A stretch of DNA of 64,000 nt from Candidatus Nomurabacteria bacterium (lineage in GTDB: Bacteria > Patescibacteriota > Minisyncoccia > Phycocordibacterales > UBA9973): the NCBI GenBank assembly GCA_963832025.1, contig CAWHSF010000003.1:15665-79664 (forward strand). Reading direction: 5' to 3'. Below, piece after piece: positions 25,615 through 35,400 of this stretch. Position 1 is the stretch's first letter. Each line of letters opens with the position of its first letter. The translations under genes were made by a program, and so were the position numbers. The notes under the pieces were generated by a model. It was not told the DNA's origin. It did no database searches and saw only the letters and a program-made list of their open reading frames with translations.

Positions 25615-26757
25615 ATGAAGATAAAAAATGTTTTCTCTAAATTTGTAAGCGCTTTAAGCGTGATTGCGCTTCTCGTATTTTTGGTTGGTCCACAATTTGC
25701 CAACGCTGCATCTTTGACTGCAGTCTCAGACACAATGTCACGTGAAATGATTGGTGTGCAATCTACTCATAAAATAGTATTTAAGTCGACTTCAGCTATC
25801 GGCGTGGGTACGGCTGGTATTACATTAAGCATACCGTGGGGTACGGCAACTACATTCACAGGTGGTACTTTTGTATCCGGTGATATAGCGGGAATTTGTC
25901 ATGGTCCTAGTACTGGTCTCGAAAATGGCTATAGTGCAAATTGTACGGCAAACAATGAAACACTCTCTACTTCACCAGGCGCTAACCAGTGGGGATTTAC
26001 CACTTCCGGAGCAAATCCAGTGCTTATTGTTCTGGCTGCTCCCACTACAACTTTTACTCACACGATTGCCGCAAATGATATAGTAACTATTTTCCTTGCA
26101 TCTACTGCTCACATGGTCAACCCTGCCTCAGCCGCGACACCCACTATTTCAATAACTACCACTTCTGACACCGGAGCATTTACCGTCCCTATCATCGCTA
26201 GTGACCAGATTACAGTTTCGGCAAGCGTAAATGAAACTGTTTCATTCAGCGTTCTTGCTAACACAACAAACACTGGAACAAACTATACCCTTCCACTCGG
26301 AACTCTTTCTTCTGCTGCAGTGTCGGGTTCAGGTTCGGGAGGTGTGTATTCAATTTGGGCAAACTTGAGCACCAATGCGGGTGGTGGAGCAGTAGTCACA
26401 GTACAATCCGCAAATGGCGATCTAAAGTCAGCTTCAACTTCTGACAATATTCCGTCTGCTACCGCTACGATGGCGAACGGTACTGCAAACTATGGTGTCT
26501 GTATTGTATCCGTCACCCAAACCAGCGGAGCGACCTTAACTAAAGGTGGTAGTTTTCCAAGTACAACTTGTACACATACTCCAGCCGGTAACACTGTATC
26601 TGCAGTGACCACCAGCGCTCAAAGTCTCTTGACGGCTTCAGCTGGAATAAATACTGGTATTGCAGAAATAGCAGTTGATGCAGAGAATAGTGTAACGACT
26701 CCGGCACATAGTGACTATGGTGACACGCTGACGTTTATTGCGACAGGAACGTTTTAG
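25615..26757 (+). CDS. secreted surface protein, paralog 2 (WxL-like C-terminal domain)
   Basis: Signal peptide (..QFANA/ASL). The N-domain is paralogous to 26853... The C-terminal domain closely matches 23593.. and ends YGDTLTFIATGTF. Confidence 0.75.
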   Translation: MKIKNVFSKFVSALSVIALLVFLVGPQFANAASLTAVSDTMSREMIGVQSTHKIVFKSTSAIGVGTAGITLSIPWGTATTFTGGTFVSGDIAGICHGPSTGLENGYSANCTANNETLSTSPGANQWGFTTSGANPVLIVLAAPTTTFTHTIAANDIVTIFLASTAHMVNPASAATPTISITTTSDTGAFTVPIIASDQITVSASVNETVSFSVLANTTNTGTNYTLPLGTLSSAAVSGSGSGGVYSIWANLSTNAGGGAVVTVQSANGDLKSASTSDNIPSATATMANGTANYGVCIVSVTQTSGATLTKGGSFPSTTCTHTPAGNTVSAVTTSAQSLLTASAGINTGIAEIAVDAENSVTTPAHSDYGDTLTFIATGTF

Positions 26758-26758
26758 G

Positions 26759-26767
26759 TTATCCACA
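26759..26767 (+). promoter_or_regulatory. perfect DnaA-box-type 9-mer TTATCCACA, 40 nt upstream of a TATAAT
   Basis: Exact TTATCCACA, with TATAAT at 26799..26804. It lies upstream of 26853. Confidence 0.45.
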
Positions 26768-26852
26768 CAATTTTTATAAATCTTTACGCTTTTCGTATTA
26801 TAATTTATCACAAGATATTAATTATTAAATAATTACGTGAAAAAATAATAAA

Positions 26853-27983
26853 ATGAGTATTAAAAATATTTCTTCAAAATTCATAGGCGCTTTGACTATA
26901 GTCGCCTTGTTTGTGTTTCTATTCGGCCCACAATTTGCTAGCGCTTCATCTTTGACTGGAGTCTCAGATACAATGACTCGTGAACAGACATCGGCAAGTT
27001 CTGTACATGTCATTAAATTTACTGCCACTTCTGGAATTGCCGCAGGAAACACAATTATTATAGTATTTCCAAGTGGATTTACCACGACAGGCCTTGTAAT
27101 TACTGACTTGCAGATTTGTCACGGAACGACAGGCGTTGAAGACGGTACTGCAGTTGTCACAGGCGGTACTGCGTGCACAAGTACTGACGAAACAATAGCC
27201 GCCTCAAATGGTGCTTCTACTATATGGGGAGCAACTGTTGCAATTTCTGGTACTACCACAATAACTCTGACTCAAGCGTCTGGTACAGTTACTCATGCCA
27301 TTACCGCCGGTAAAATAGTTACCGTTACTATTACTGCGACTCACATGGTAAACCCTTCTGGAGCTTCCACTCCTAATGTCACAATCACTACTACTTCAGA
27401 CTCAGGAAGCTTTACCGTTCCAATTATTGCTAGTGATCAGATTACGGTTTCGGCAAGTGTAAACGAAAGTGTAACTTTCAGCATCAACGCCAGCAATAAC
27501 AACACTGGCTCAGCTACCACAGTTCCGCTCAGTACACTTTCAACAGCCGGCGCAACTTATTCCAATGGAGGTGGTGTGAATTCGATTTGGCTTAATATAG
27601 GTACAAACACGTCCGGTGGAGCAGTGGTGACAGTGCAATCCTTAAACGGAGACTTGAAATCATCTTCAACTAGTGATAATATCCCTTCAGCCACCGCTAC
27701 GATGGCGAACGGTACTGCAAACTATGGTTTATGCGTTAAAAGCCACACAGCAGGCACAGGTACCTTGAATGCGCTCTCCCCATTTGCTTCCAGTTGCGGT
27801 TACAGTAGTACAAACTCGGTTGGATCTGTCACAACTTCTCCTCAGTCAATCATAAATACCAACTCAACTTCAATCAGCACAGGAGTAGCAGAGGTAGTAG
27901 TAAACGCAGAGAATAGTGCGACGACTCCAGCTCATTCCGACTATGGTGACACGCTGACATTTATCGCAACCGGCACATTTTAA
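26853..27983 (+). CDS. secreted surface protein, paralog 3 (WxL-like C-terminal domain)
   Basis: Signal peptide (..QFASA/SSL). It has the same two-domain layout and ends YGDTLTFIATGTF. Confidence 0.75.
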   Translation: MSIKNISSKFIGALTIVALFVFLFGPQFASASSLTGVSDTMTREQTSASSVHVIKFTATSGIAAGNTIIIVFPSGFTTTGLVITDLQICHGTTGVEDGTAVVTGGTACTSTDETIAASNGASTIWGATVAISGTTTITLTQASGTVTHAITAGKIVTVTITATHMVNPSGASTPNVTITTTSDSGSFTVPIIASDQITVSASVNESVTFSINASNNNTGSATTVPLSTLSTAGATYSNGGGVNSIWLNIGTNTSGGAVVTVQSLNGDLKSSSTSDNIPSATATMANGTANYGLCVKSHTAGTGTLNALSPFASSCGYSSTNSVGSVTTSPQSIINTNSTSISTGVAEVVVNAENSATTPAHSDYGDTLTFIATGTF

Positions 27984-27990
27984 AAATATT

Positions 27991-28992
27991 ATGAAAAAAA
28001 GTTACGAACATAAAAATAAATCTTTTTTTCTATTTGTAGTTATTTTAATTGGACTGTTTTTCGCTTTTAATAAGGCTAATGCACTGACTATCTCCCCTTC
28101 CCGTTTGGAAATTTCCGGAAATCCGGGACAAACTCTTTCGGAAAATATGTTTCTCATTAATGAAAGAAGCGATACTGAAACTTTATATTCTTCCTATGCA
28201 AACTTTGAAGCGCAGGGTGAAAGCGGTGAACCCGCTTTCGTGACCGCGACTGATGACTTGGGCACTTGGATGTCCACGGAGCCGACTATCACTTTAAAAC
28301 CGGGAGAAAGTATTTCCGTTCCTTTTACTGTTACCATTCCTAAAAATGCGACTCCGGGAGGACACTTTGCTGTCATCTTTTGGGGTAACGGCGCCAGCCA
28401 GCCGGGCGGAGTCGGAGTCGGAGCAAAAACCGGCTTGCTTGTTCTTCTTTCGGTAAGTGGAAATGTCAAAGAAAATGCCGGATTTTTAAATTTCAATACT
28501 TTGAATAAACAATTCTGGTACAGCACCTTGCCTGTATCTTTTGAATATCGTTTTAGTAATAGCGGAGGTGACAGAATAGAACCTATCGGTCAAATAACCA
28601 TTAGAGACACTGTCTTTCTTCCGGCTCAGGTTCTGGATGCCAACCCGAGTGCTGGAAATATTCTCCCCAGTAGCACCAGAAGGTATCAAGTGGATTGGAT
28701 AAACTATGCCCGACCCAATAATTATGTGGCACCAACCAATGCCTGGAAGAAATTTTGGAGTAATGTTTCTTATCAATGGATGAACTTCGCTGTCGGACTT
28801 TATTCCGCGCACTTGAATGTCACATATGGCGCCAAAGGAGGACATGCCAGCAGTACTGTGTTTTTCTTTGTCTTTCCGTGGCAATTGGTGCTAGTTATGC
28901 TTATTGTTGCTATCATTATCGTCTGGGGTGGCGGAACAATCATTAAACGTTACAACAAGTTCATCGTTGAAAAAGCTCGTCAGAGTAGCTAA
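27991..28992 (+). CDS. DUF916-like cell-surface protein with a C-terminal TM anchor
   Basis: Signal peptide, then LTISPSRLEISGNPGQTLSENMFLINERS ... TIPKNATPGGHFAVIFWG (pattern typical of DUF916/CscA-type proteins). C-terminal TM helix plus a basic tail. Confidence 0.55.
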   Translation: MKKSYEHKNKSFFLFVVILIGLFFAFNKANALTISPSRLEISGNPGQTLSENMFLINERSDTETLYSSYANFEAQGESGEPAFVTATDDLGTWMSTEPTITLKPGESISVPFTVTIPKNATPGGHFAVIFWGNGASQPGGVGVGAKTGLLVLLSVSGNVKENAGFLNFNTLNKQFWYSTLPVSFEYRFSNSGGDRIEPIGQITIRDTVFLPAQVLDANPSAGNILPSSTRRYQVDWINYARPNNYVAPTNAWKKFWSNVSYQWMNFAVGLYSAHLNVTYGAKGGHASSTVFFFVFPWQLVLVMLIVAIIIVWGGGTIIKRYNKFIVEKARQSS

Positions 28993-29015
28993 CGGCAGGA
29001 AAAAAATATTGAACT

Positions 29016-29978
29016 ATGAAAAAAAAGAAAAAATTATTTTTTTATCTACTATCTTATGCTTTCTCTCCGGTTTTAATCTTTTCTTTTATCTTTTTACCTC
29101 TCTCTTATGTTTTATACACCAATCCTGTTTTCGCAGGCACGGTAACATCAGGTCCTGAGACAGTTTCTGTAACTGCTGTTGTTGGAGGAGGAACAGTAAC
29201 ACAAGAACCCTTGGGCAGTGGTGGTGGCGAACTAAACGGTCCAACCATAACTATCCCACAAACCAGCGTACATTTTTCGGGAGAAGCATATCCAAATGCT
29301 ACTGTTACTCTTTTAAAAGATGGGATAGATGTCACCTCTGTTACCGCGGACAGTGGCGGACTTTTTGATATAACTCTGGAAGAAAAATATGACGGCACGA
29401 TGCTTTATAGTCTGGAAGCTACGGACACCAACGGCCAAGTATCTATTTTAATAAATTATCCTTTAGTGGTAACCAGCGGATATGTTACCGATTTGTCGGG
29501 GATAATATTTCCTCCGACCATTAGTGTAGATAAAATACAAGCGACAGCAGGAAGCTATCTGACAATTTCCGGTTTTGCCTTTCCGAAAAAAAATATGCAA
29601 ATAGTTTTTACCAGTGCAGACAAGCAAACTACAAAAACTTTTAGCTTAGTCGCTCCCGATAATGGCAATTACGACATTACCTTGCCTTTGACAGATTTGC
29701 CGATGGGAAATTATACAGTTTTTATAAAATACCCTGACGATAATCGTCTCAGCGAACTTGTCAGATTTATTATCGGCGATTCAGATATTTCCAGTGTTAA
29801 TACAACTTTAAATTTACCCGGTGACTGTAATTTTGACGGACGAGTTGATTTGGTGGATTTTTCTATCATGGCTTTTTGGTATGAAAAACCCAATCCCCCA
29901 CCGTGTGTAGATTTAAATCATGATGGTATCGTCAACCTGACCGATTTTTCAATTTTAGCATTTTATTGGACAGATTAA
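29016..29978 (+). CDS. secreted Ig-like-repeat protein with a C-terminal dockerin module
   Basis: Signal/TM segment followed by two beta-rich modules. The C-terminus has duplicated Ca-binding segments DCNFDGRVDLVDF and DLNHDGIVNLTDF (DxNxDGxxxxxD twice). Confidence 0.65.
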   Translation: MKKKKKLFFYLLSYAFSPVLIFSFIFLPLSYVLYTNPVFAGTVTSGPETVSVTAVVGGGTVTQEPLGSGGGELNGPTITIPQTSVHFSGEAYPNATVTLLKDGIDVTSVTADSGGLFDITLEEKYDGTMLYSLEATDTNGQVSILINYPLVVTSGYVTDLSGIIFPPTISVDKIQATAGSYLTISGFAFPKKNMQIVFTSADKQTTKTFSLVAPDNGNYDITLPLTDLPMGNYTVFIKYPDDNRLSELVRFIIGDSDISSVNTTLNLPGDCNFDGRVDLVDFSIMAFWYEKPNPPPCVDLNHDGIVNLTDFSILAFYWTD

Positions 29979-30030
29979 ATATATGACCCATTCGATAAAA
30001 ACTCAGGGTCATGGTGATATAATTAAAACC

Positions 30031-30714
30031 ATGAAAAAAAATAAGAAACAAATTTTATTCACTTTGACAATTGTTATTTTAGCCTTTGTTTTCAAGGTAA
30101 ATAGCGCATCTGCCGCAAATTTTGCATTTACTGTTCCCTCTTCTCTTAAGGTCGGAGACAATTTAGATGTGGCAGTAACTGCGGACACCGGTGGAGTTTT
30201 CATAAACTCTGCCGAAGCCACCGTGAATTATGATACCACCTTACTTTCATTTAACGGATATTCTGACAGCAGTTCAGTTATAAAAATTTGGATTAATCCG
30301 CCAAGTGCAGAAAACGGACAAATAACTTTTAGCGGAATAATTCCTGGAGGTGTCGACGGACTTTATGATGCAAGCAAGACAGGATTGAGTCCATTCCCTT
30401 TGGTTCATTTAATCTTCACCGCAAAAAATACTGGAACTGCAAATTTTTCTTTTGCTAATTCACAAATTTTGGAAGATGATGGGGCCGGCACAGCACTTGT
30501 TCATGATAACATCCCTGCAAGTGTCACAATACAGACCAATCCAAATGGCACCAGTGTTCAAAATCCATCAAATAATAGTGCTGAAAACGTCACAAATAAC
30601 AATGCGAAAAATCCGGGAGCTATGCCAGACAGACCCGACCCACTTTTTTGGGTCGTGATATTCTTGTTGATTTCTAGCCTTTTGATATATAAATTGTTAA
30701 AATATAAGGTATGA
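30031..30714 (+). CDS. cohesin-domain protein with a C-terminal TM anchor
   Basis: Signal peptide (KVNSASA/ANF). Cohesin-like pattern: FAFTVPSSLKVGDNLDVAVTADTGGVFINSAEATVNYDTTLLSF. C-terminal TM helix. ATG 30031 is preferred over the track start at 29983. Confidence 0.6.
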   Translation: MKKNKKQILFTLTIVILAFVFKVNSASAANFAFTVPSSLKVGDNLDVAVTADTGGVFINSAEATVNYDTTLLSFNGYSDSSSVIKIWINPPSAENGQITFSGIIPGGVDGLYDASKTGLSPFPLVHLIFTAKNTGTANFSFANSQILEDDGAGTALVHDNIPASVTIQTNPNGTSVQNPSNNSAENVTNNNAKNPGAMPDRPDPLFWVVIFLLISSLLIYKLLKYKV

Positions 30715-31826
30715 AAGATTGGTTCGGTAGAAATACAGCCAAGGTTATTTTCGGTAAGATTTTTGTTTTCATATATTTTCTAAGTATAATTCTTGGCACT
30801 AATATCGCACGAGCGCAAAATACGACCACGCAAACTGCGACATTGTTTTTCAGCACTCCATCCGTGCAAGTAAAAGAGGGTGATAAAGTGACTATCAACG
30901 TAGAAGTAAATTCCGGTGGACAATCCATCAATGCAGTTTCCGGAACAGTGACTTTTCCGGGAAATTTAGTTCATGCCATTTCGCTCAACGATGACAACAG
31001 TATTATAAAACTTTGGACACAAGAACCGAAACTACGCGGAAACGATATTTTATTTGAGGGAGTGATTTTAAATCCCGGCTACGATGGCACAAACGGTCTG
31101 GTCTTCAGTATTACTTTTCAAGCCGAAGCGACTGGCACGGTAAATTTAAATTTTAACAATGGCTCTATCTTGGCAAACAATGGACTCGGCACAAATGTTT
31201 TAGCTACTTTGGGTTCGACTGATTTTAATATCATCCCTGCTCCTTCCTATAACTCCATCGCAACGACACCGACGCCGACACAGCAACTCACAATGATACC
31301 GGTCATCACAAAATATTTTCCAAACATAAACCCAGGTGAAGTTTTATATATCGGAGGCAAGGGTGAACCAAATGCTTTAACCAAAATCACTTTCCAAAAT
31401 ACAGCAGTTAAATCTCTCGGAGAAAAATTTGTTGAATTTTTCCAAAACAAAAAAGAAACACTCGGTGTGGTAACCGTGGAAAATAGCGTAAATGGAAATT
31501 TTAATTATGTCAGTGGAAAAAATTTAGAAGCGGGAGTTTATAACGCCACACCTGCTCTGGTAAATGCCGTCAAAAACACAGACTTGACAGGTGTGTCGGT
31601 GCAATTTTTGGTAAACGATAGTGTTCTGGTTAAAGACATGGTGGTGTTGTTAAATGTTTTAGGACTTCTCATCCCTATCGTATTTTTGATTGTGATTATC
31701 TATTTTATCCCTTGGTATTCGTGGAGAAGGATGCGCATAATGAAAGACAAAATGCTCTTGGAAGAAGAGAAAGTTAACCTCACTGCAGAAGAATTAAAGA
31801 AAAAACCCGAAAATCCTAAGTCTTAA
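30711..31826 (+). CDS. cohesin-domain protein with an extra module and a C-terminal TM anchor
   Basis: Cohesin-like pattern: ATLFFSTPSVQVKEGDKVTINVEVNSGGQSINAVSGTVTFPGNLV. TM helix near the C-terminus plus a charged tail. The start overlaps the previous stop (ATGA). Confidence 0.6.
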   Translation: MKDWFGRNTAKVIFGKIFVFIYFLSIILGTNIARAQNTTTQTATLFFSTPSVQVKEGDKVTINVEVNSGGQSINAVSGTVTFPGNLVHAISLNDDNSIIKLWTQEPKLRGNDILFEGVILNPGYDGTNGLVFSITFQAEATGTVNLNFNNGSILANNGLGTNVLATLGSTDFNIIPAPSYNSIATTPTPTQQLTMIPVITKYFPNINPGEVLYIGGKGEPNALTKITFQNTAVKSLGEKFVEFFQNKKETLGVVTVENSVNGNFNYVSGKNLEAGVYNATPALVNAVKNTDLTGVSVQFLVNDSVLVKDMVVLLNVLGLLIPIVFLIVIIYFIPWYSWRRMRIMKDKMLLEEEKVNLTAEELKKKPENPKS

Positions 31827-31877
31827 TACTATTTTCCATTTTACCCTTTTATTTATTGGGTTTTTTGACATAAAAAC

Positions 31878-31886
31878 TGTGGATAA
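31878..31886 (-). promoter_or_regulatory. perfect DnaA-box-type 9-mer (TGTGGATAA on +)
   Basis: Exact reverse complement of TTATCCACA. It lies in the 265-nt intergenic region upstream of 32091. Confidence 0.4.
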
Positions 31887-32013
31887 CTATTAGATATAAT
31901 ATCTACTCCATATTATAATAATATATAGATAAAAGAAGATATCGCCTACCTGAGATAGCATTTTTTGGTATCTTGTTTATCCGAGATGTTATTGTATTTC
32001 TTTGTCTAAATGG

Positions 32014-32092
32014 TCCCGTACGAAATTTTGCTAATAAAGTTTCGTTTATGGGATAAATCTGCTTGTTAAGTTAGTATAATTTTGTACGGGAT
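32014..32092. repeat. IR cassette-related short copy D
   Basis: TCCCGTACGAAAT (32014..32026) pairs with TTTCGTTTATGGGAT (32039..32053). A second arm, TTGTACGGGAT, ends flush with the ATG at 32091. Confidence 0.5.
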
Positions 32093-32465
32093 GGAAAATC
32101 TTAAAAAAGTAATTTCATTGCATCAAGCATCAAATATTTCTGGGTATCACCAGGACTATTTGAGCGCCCTAATACGTAAAAATGAAATAAAGGGGGTGAA
32201 GATGGGAGGCAATTGGTTCACCACCGAGGAGGCAATAAAAAACTATATTTTCAAGCAGCAAATCCGACATAAAAATTGGCTGATTAAATTTTTTCTCTAC
32301 TTTAAAAAGATAAATAAAAATTTTATTTACTCATTGCTTTTTTTGATACTTCTTGCGGTAGGTATATATTTTTACAATAAAAAATTCGGGGGCACGGAAG
32401 CAACGACACCAAACACACCAGCTCCGACTATTAATAATAGTGGCACAGAAGAATTAAAATTCTAA
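32091..32465 (+). CDS. HTH (excisionase/MerR-like) domain protein with one TM helix
   Basis: [46 protein letters not shown] followed by a TM helix ([18 protein letters not shown]). Its stop overlaps the next ATG (TAATG). Confidence 0.55.
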   Translation: MENLKKVISLHQASNISGYHQDYLSALIRKNEIKGVKMGGNWFTTEEAIKNYIFKQQIRHKNWLIKFFLYFKKINKNFIYSLLFLILLAVGIYFYNKKFGGTEATTPNTPAPTINNSGTEELKF

Positions 32466-35400
32466 TGAAAACTTTTTTTAATTTCAAAAGAATAAATTCC
32501 CGTCATCATATATCTTCTGTTTTTTCTTTTTTATTTTTCGTTTTCTTTGTCCTATCTTCTTTTTTCTATCTTCTATCTCCTGCTTCCGCTATCGCTTACA
32601 CCACCGGTGTGCCATCGATAATAAATTTCCAAGGACGATTGATGGACACAAGTGGCAATCTTTTGGGTGGCTCGGGAACAAGTTATTGTTTTCGTTTTTC
32701 GATTTACGACAGCTTGGACAATACCGGAAGCAATGTAAAATTGTGGCCAGCCGGCACTCCGACAAATAACACTCTCACTGTGAGACAAGGTGTCTTTGAT
32801 GCACAAGTCGGAGTCGCAGATAGTTTAAGCGGATACAATTTCCAGAGCGATAACACCATCTACATGAATGTGGAAGTCGCGGCGCAGATTTCCGGTTCTT
32901 GCTCCGGTGTAACTTACGATACGCTTTATCCCCGCCCACAAATCCTGGCTGCTGCTTTCGCCATCACTGCCGGCACCGTAACTGGATTCGCTCCGGCAGC
33001 CGGAAAAACTTTGACCGTAAATAATTCAATCACTTTGACCGGCACCGATTCCACCACCATGACTTTGCCGACAACTTCCAAAACTCTCGCAGCCAACGAC
33101 GGCAGTAATTGGACTTTTGCTTCTCAAGCAATCGGTGACTTGGCTTACGCAACGAGTACTACTGCTTACGGTAGGTTAGCCGATGTAGCAGCCGGTCAAC
33201 CTTTACTCTCTGGTGGAACTTCTACCGCTCCCGCCTATGCTGGTTACACTTTCTCTGGAACTTCTGCGAAGACTTACACCTTCCCAACTACCACCGCAAC
33301 ATTAGCAAGAACTGACGCCGCGCAAACATTTACCGGAGTGCAAACATTTTCTTCCGCACCGACATTTAGCAGTATCACCGGCAGTACCCAATGCTTGCAA
33401 GTCAACAGCAGTGGTGTGGTCAGTGGCACAAGCGCAGCTTGCGGAGGAGGAGGTGGTTCAACTGCTTGGAGCAGTATCACCAACCCAAGCGGAAATCTTT
33501 CTTTGGCAATGGCTGGTGACACCAGCACTTTCACTTACGGAGCGACAACCGGTTCAGCAAACTTGTTCAACTTAACCGACACCTCTTCCAATACCGGCAC
33601 CGGAGTTTTGTTGAATGTCTCAACTGCCAGTGGTTCAACTTTAAATCCATTTTCCGTGACTACCGCCGGTGCAACAAATCCGAGCTTGTATGTCGGTTCT
33701 AATGGTAACGTCTCAATTGGAACCTCAATTACAAATACTGCAGTTCTGCAAGTACAAGCACCGGTTCCGGAAAGTAATCTTTTTGCTTTTGCGAACCATG
33801 ATTTTTCTCTGGGTAGCGTAGGAACTGCCATGACGATTGATACCGGAACTACCTCCGGAGATACCTATGTGGATATGCAAGCTTACAACGCTGGTGGAGT
33901 TAATGGCGGTCCTTTAGTTTTTAACGCTGCTGGTGGTAATGTCGGGATTGATACAAACGACCCAACTACCGCTCTCACCGTTAATGGGAGTATTTCCAAT
34001 CTCCTTAATCCCAGTTCAGCTTTTTTAAATGTTGTAGGTTCGACATCAATTACTTCTGCTTCCGTGGTCTACGTCTCCGGTAACTATGCCTATGTGGCAG
34101 ATTATACCGGTAATGAACTTGATATTGTTGACATTACCAATCCGAATGCTCCCTATGTGGCTGGCACATTAGGCGGAATTAATCATATCTCTTCCATCTA
34201 CGTTTCCGGTCGTTATGCCTATGTGACGGACAAAAGTATTGGTGACATGACTATCATTGATGTTTCCAATCCGATTTCACCGACTGTGGTCGGTACATTA
34301 ACCGGACTTAATACTCCTACCTCCATCTACGTTTCTGGTCGTTATGCCTATGTAGCGGATAGCGGTAGTGGTGATATGTATGTGATTGATGTTTCCACTC
34401 CGAGATTACCGATTGTGGTTGCCACCTTAACCGGGCTGAGTAGTCCTTCCTCCATCTATGTTTCCGGTCATTATGCCTATGTAGCAGATAGTGGTAGTGG
34501 TCACATGTCTATCATCGATATTTCCGATCCGGTTTCACCGAATGTGATAGGTACAGCAACCGGACTTGGTAGTCCCTCCTCTGTCTATGTCTCCGGTCGT
34601 TATGCCTATGTGACGGATACGGGTAGTGGTAACTTGTATTCCATTGACCTTTCCAACCAAGCTTCTCCGAGTGTGGTTGGTACGCTACCAGGATTTATTA
34701 CTCCAACTGATGTCTATGTTTCTGGTAATTTTGCATATGTAACAGACAGTGACGGTGAACTCGACGTCGTTGATATTTCCGACCCGACTACTCCGATTTA
34801 TGATACATATGCAGGACTTACTGCTCCCGACTCGGTCTATGTCTCCGGTCAGTATGCCTATGTCGCGGATAGTGGTGGCGGCGATATGGCTGTCATTGAC
34901 CTAACCGGAACACAAACAACTTCCTTGACCGCCGGGAGTGCGAACATCGGCAACTTGCAGATTGCTAATGATTCTTTGGTTGGTGGTCAACTGCAAGTAA
35001 ATGGTGCCCTGACAGCCAACGGTGGAAACTTTAACAGTGGAGTTGCAGTAAATGGAAATATTTCCAATACCATTTCATCTTCTTCTCCTCCGACTGTCGT
35101 TGCTACTGCCACCGGGCTGACTAATATCTTAACTGACTATGTCTCCGGTAACTATGCGTATGTAGGAACTGGTACCGGTGGTACTGGTTATATGTATATC
35201 GTTGATATTTCCAATCCGACTGCTCCGAGTGTTGTCGGTACATTATCAGGGGTTGGTAAGATTAATTCTATCTATGTTTCCGGTCAGTATGCCTATGTGT
35301 TAGATGATAGTAATGGCTACATGGATGTCGTTGATATTTCCAATCCGCATGCCCCAAGTGTTGTCGGTACAGTGGTAGGGTTTACTGGTCCTGTATCTAT

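Noticed and set aside
25527-31886. Chromosomal replication origin inferred from three perfect DnaA boxes
   Set aside because: There is no dnaA or dnaN, and no AT-rich unwinding element with clustered boxes. The boxes are single sites in promoters of paralogous genes, so a regulatory role is more likely.
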